A stretch of 64,000 nt of DNA, from positions 96,001 to 160,000 of the forward strand of contig JAEOUA010000008.1 of NCBI GenBank assembly GCA_016839555.1, read 5' to 3'. The translations under genes and the position numbers were made by a program. Below the pieces are notes generated by a model. That model did not search any database and had not been told where the DNA came from. It saw only the letters and a list, made by a program, of their open reading frames with translations. Positions 61,701 to 64,000 of the stretch are shown one piece after another. This DNA comes from Promethearchaeota archaeon (GTDB lineage Archaea > Asgardarchaeota > Lokiarchaeia > Sigyniarchaeales > SOKP01). The stretch's first letter is position 1, and every line of letters begins with the position of its first letter.

Positions 61701-62289
61701 GAAGGACTTCAATTTGATAACTGTTTGCCAAATAATCATAAAATATATCTGTTTTATTTTCTATGTTTGAAATATTTCTTCTAACATAAATGAAGAAAAA
61801 TCTAATTGTATTCTCATCCAGATCCTGAAAATTTGAAAAAAATTTTTCAATTCTATTAAAGAGGGGGTTATAATCCTCTATAATATGTGTTTCTTTTCTA
61901 ATTCTAATTTTCCAATTATTAATCCTTGGATGTTTTTTTAATTTAAGTTCAACAATATAATTAATAAAGATTTTTATTGGTTTATTATTTAAGAGTTGAA
62001 AAGGTAAAAAGCAATAGAAAGCTTCACGCAATAAGATAAATGGAAAAATACTTTCATATTTAGCACTCAATTTAAGGATAAGGGTATGATTTACAAGTTT
62101 TCGCTCAACTCCTATATTAAAGATATCTTTAGTATATAAATATTTATTAGTTTTTATAATCCGAATCTTATTTACAACGGGTTTCATCCTTATATCTTTA
62201 GAAATTAGAGATATTATATTTTTAAAAACATCTAATAATTCAACTTCCAATAATTTATTCAAATTGGATAGTAAGATTTCATATTCCAT
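58720..62289 (-). CDS. Large hypothetical protein (1189 aa) with repeated Lrp/AsnC-like segments
   Basis: Long ORF; several P-x(5-7)-G-hydrophobic-strand segments resembling the Lrp HTH-RAM linker. Confidence 0.72.
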   Translation of the reverse strand: MEYEILLSNLNKLLEVELLDVFKNIISLISKDIRMKPVVNKIRIIKTNKYLYTKDIFNIGVERKLVNHTLILKLSAKYESIFPFILLREAFYCFLPFQLLNNKPIKIFINYIVELKLKKHPRINNWKIRIRKETHIIEDYNPLFNRIEKFFSNFQDLDENTIRFFFIYVRRNISNIENKTDIFYDYLANSYQIEVLLQMWDEDILETIRILIKIFYKKKTFKNLAQYTQLFKDFKKIGFIKTDLSTNKFTESLRWLKKYSFVSPSYQIYYKNIGINIYWILFQFDPSISKKRIKIVLKNFPFLAHIRFSSNGLSIFASGYLYLPKVYTKSLFSLLKSLKSRNVQTICIKRQKVKNNLNLNYFQDFHNIKNLINPNHQKYEEKFEIDFSYSYGEELIDSVKLSHLDFLILDRIRYYSLTGFGFEPSRRKINQLRMDYINDFLFQIKFIKKLRMDLELLFTHPIMQKDFISIIDKFFNAGIFYIKYFFVSILEIIKLLKKIVVDQNITSIIDFKAFIKSNHVNLFSKQVNHSDFKKRLVQKLILLYFNNKIKFEEEVKKVSLFSTILNNFFILKIFNVKNIKKIILDKDLAFSIYSGKKKKITSIKRQYKLREITINKVQEIINKYIQMDPPILKPNLINTIRTTHFAHYCIYIILKDTSQVIELIDRMKSFFPRLILERGEDVLSKRKYIFLGLYLPNLSINEKYNLISIFYNIFKKNIIEVLRFFSSGVLNVFSVKDYYDFQKGKFFYARDMFSQFLLLINRFLNKTKHPSDMKDRKSRIYLFTNENNLLKLARDVSKRNSRRQVRFNPTHLHELEDFHKNLSSILSNTDLFKGFKQAPFFNQYVQSIKFIPQHQSFGFSKYFLWFTTSKLEEINKKCVLTKNFLSLKHPIEIHQNFYSFLITYLFPYHTPNNSYLNWLLKSKKAFLEYILFFIKKVYHVLHFNYNLTSNGWNLNANHFNSFARKIIFKQQYNLVLPSMKEFDFDSISDMFFEPNSLEFKDLMNLYTFQPDDLKSFLAQEKHHKIDSFQNLNSKHLLFPYLELKNLDLCENFYFIIPNISIEVITVLIKIFGFFNYCFIYEIEGEIYINEMKDQKHFENGLFIKLTLPDCEFSEFDEVFHGIFDLLGIKRYCILNDLVEGKNFLKDVFKDLSFLNHYTPLKNLEWNDKDNIWVNYKLLDENFNFQDFKI

Positions 62290-62643
62290 AAAATTACCTA
62301 AAATAGAAAGGTATGAATAATTGTAACTTCTGTATAGAATAATAAATTACACTATATTTATAATTTATTATTCAAAAATCAAGATTCATAAATAAAAGAA
62401 GATTTAATATAAAAAACGGGGAGATTTAGCAGAAGAAAAATTGGTATTAAGATTGAATTAGCATATAATCAAATTTTATTCCCAATTTATTTTTGAGCTA
62501 AATATACTTCAAACATTTCAGTTTTAAAAAATTTGAATACTTCCTTGAAAGCTATAATATATGATTTAAAATAATGTAAACTCTAGAAAGCAGAGAGATT
62601 AAAAAATCTTTTTCTTTATATACAAATATTTATAATATAGAAT

Positions 62644-62925
62644 ATGTCATCAGAAATAATTTGTGAAATTAAATTCATTAATTCTGATACAAGAAGAATA
62701 ATATCAATTATAGGAAAAATAAATAAGAAACAATTGAATAATCCGAGATACTCTTTTATTTCTGTAAAAAATAGAGTACAAAAAAACCAAAAATGGATAA
62801 TAATAGAATCTATTTTATGCAAATCTCAAATCTTTCAAATTACTACTATGGAACCAAGCAATCATATGTTATTTGATAAACAAAATTTTGAAATTCATAA
62901 GTCTATTTTACCAAATGTTTCATAG
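62644..62925 (+). CDS. Hypothetical small protein
   Basis: 93-aa ATG ORF only. Confidence 0.35.
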   Translation: MSSEIICEIKFINSDTRRIISIIGKINKKQLNNPRYSFISVKNRVQKNQKWIIIESILCKSQIFQITTMEPSNHMLFDKQNFEIHKSILPNVS

Positions 62926-63460
62926 AAGATAAAATATTTCTAAAACCATTTATCAATCTCATAATTTAAATGATTTGAAGTTCTTTTCTTCTCTCCTTCC
63001 TTTAATATATCTAAATTACTATTTTAAAGTCATTTCGGAGCGTGAGGGAAATCAAATATAATAATCTTTTTGTCTTAAATGTGTTAAGCTTGTTTTGTAG
63101 AGCAATTAAAGTATAATAAATAGGGTGCTCCTCATTAGATAATTAATAAACATTGTTTATTACAATTAATAATCTCTTATACAAATTCACTTAAACTTAA
63201 AACAATTTAGTCTTATTATTATATATTACTTTCCCATCCTATTTACTAGATAACAGGATACTTTTTGATTATATTTCACCTTAGAAATAGCTTACTGCTA
63301 AATATTTCTTAAATATATATTTAGAGATTAATCACCCTTCACACTTCTCCTTAAAAGAACAAATCAATCATTACTCTAAAAAGGCAAACAGTGAAAAATT
63401 ATTGAAAAAAGTCTTAAAGAAAAATTGGGAATTAAAAATCTATTTTTAAAAGAAGTAAAT

Positions 63461-63727
63461 AGAATGAAAAAAATATTTATAGTTGAAGATGATTATCATT
63501 TACAAAATTTATATAAAATATTACTAAGTCAACATAATTATAACGTGATTGGTACTGCCAATAATGGAGATCAAGCTATTTTAACGTTTAAAACCTTTAT
63601 TGAAAAACCTAGTGTAATTATTATGGATTATCGAATACCTAAAAAAAATGGTATAAAAACAATGAAAGAGATTTTGGAAATTGATCACAAAGTTAAAGTA
63701 ATAATAATAACAGGAGATAAATTATAA
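63461..63727 (+). pseudogene. CheY-like response-regulator receiver, C-terminally truncated
   Basis: KKIFIVEDD, IIMDYRIPKKNG, VIIITG then stop; the beta5 Lys-Pro is missing. Confidence 0.65.
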
Positions 63728-63781
63728 TAGAAAAGATAAAAAAAAAGAAAAGGAAGATAAGAAAAATCCATTTCTTTCATT

Positions 63782-64000
63782 CTAAAATGAAAGAGAAAAT
63801 TCTTGTTTTAATCCTTTTAATAGATTTTCTTTTGCTTCACGTAAATTGATTAATTCATCAATTTTCTTTTTCTGATCTTTTATTTTCCTTTTTACTTTTA
63901 AAGCCTCTCTTTTATTTTTAGTATGTTTCATATATTGTTTTTTATAAAGGTTAAGAGTTTTTAATTCCCCTTCAAGGCAGAATTTTGTTATCCAAACCTG
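63782..64000 (-). CDS. 3' end of a gene entering from beyond the window
   Basis: Open frame from 64000: QVWITKFCLEGELK...KGLKQEFSLSF*. Confidence 0.45.
   Translation of the reverse strand, partial: QVWITKFCLEGELKTLNLYKKQYMKHTKNKREALKVKRKIKDQKKKIDELINLREAKENLLKGLKQEFSLSF

Overview
Very AT-rich archaeal DNA whose gene content points to an Asgard archaeon, most likely Lokiarchaeia/Promethearchaeota. The indicators are roadblock-domain proteins, eS26, eL31, eL39, eS19, aIF6, TFB, ArcS/RaSEA, CdhE and a Get3-like ATPase. Bases 1-41.6 kb are core chromosome: metabolism, tRNA modification, a CobN/ChlD chelatase pair and a ribosomal-protein/ftsY/secE cluster, ending at tRNA-Gly(TCC). Bases 41.8-64 kb are an accessory region. 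Two things stand out. (1) dnaG is interrupted inside its conserved GAIFGQ|TEGLL motif by a 29-nt insert (33737-33765) that folds into a bulge-helix-bulge-type splicing motif; cutting at the canonical BHB positions restores the protein exactly. This is a candidate tRNA-type intron in an Asgard mRNA. (2) A five-gene minus-strand cluster next to the tRNA encodes an inactive membrane-anchored HerA/VirB4-like protein, an HExxH membrane protease, an active HerA/VirB4-like ATPase, and two proteins sharing a 20-aa repeat. The larger of the two is 1903 aa with an HNH-like C-terminus. This is a candidate uncharacterised export or conflict system. All family calls come from motif recognition by eye; no searches were run.
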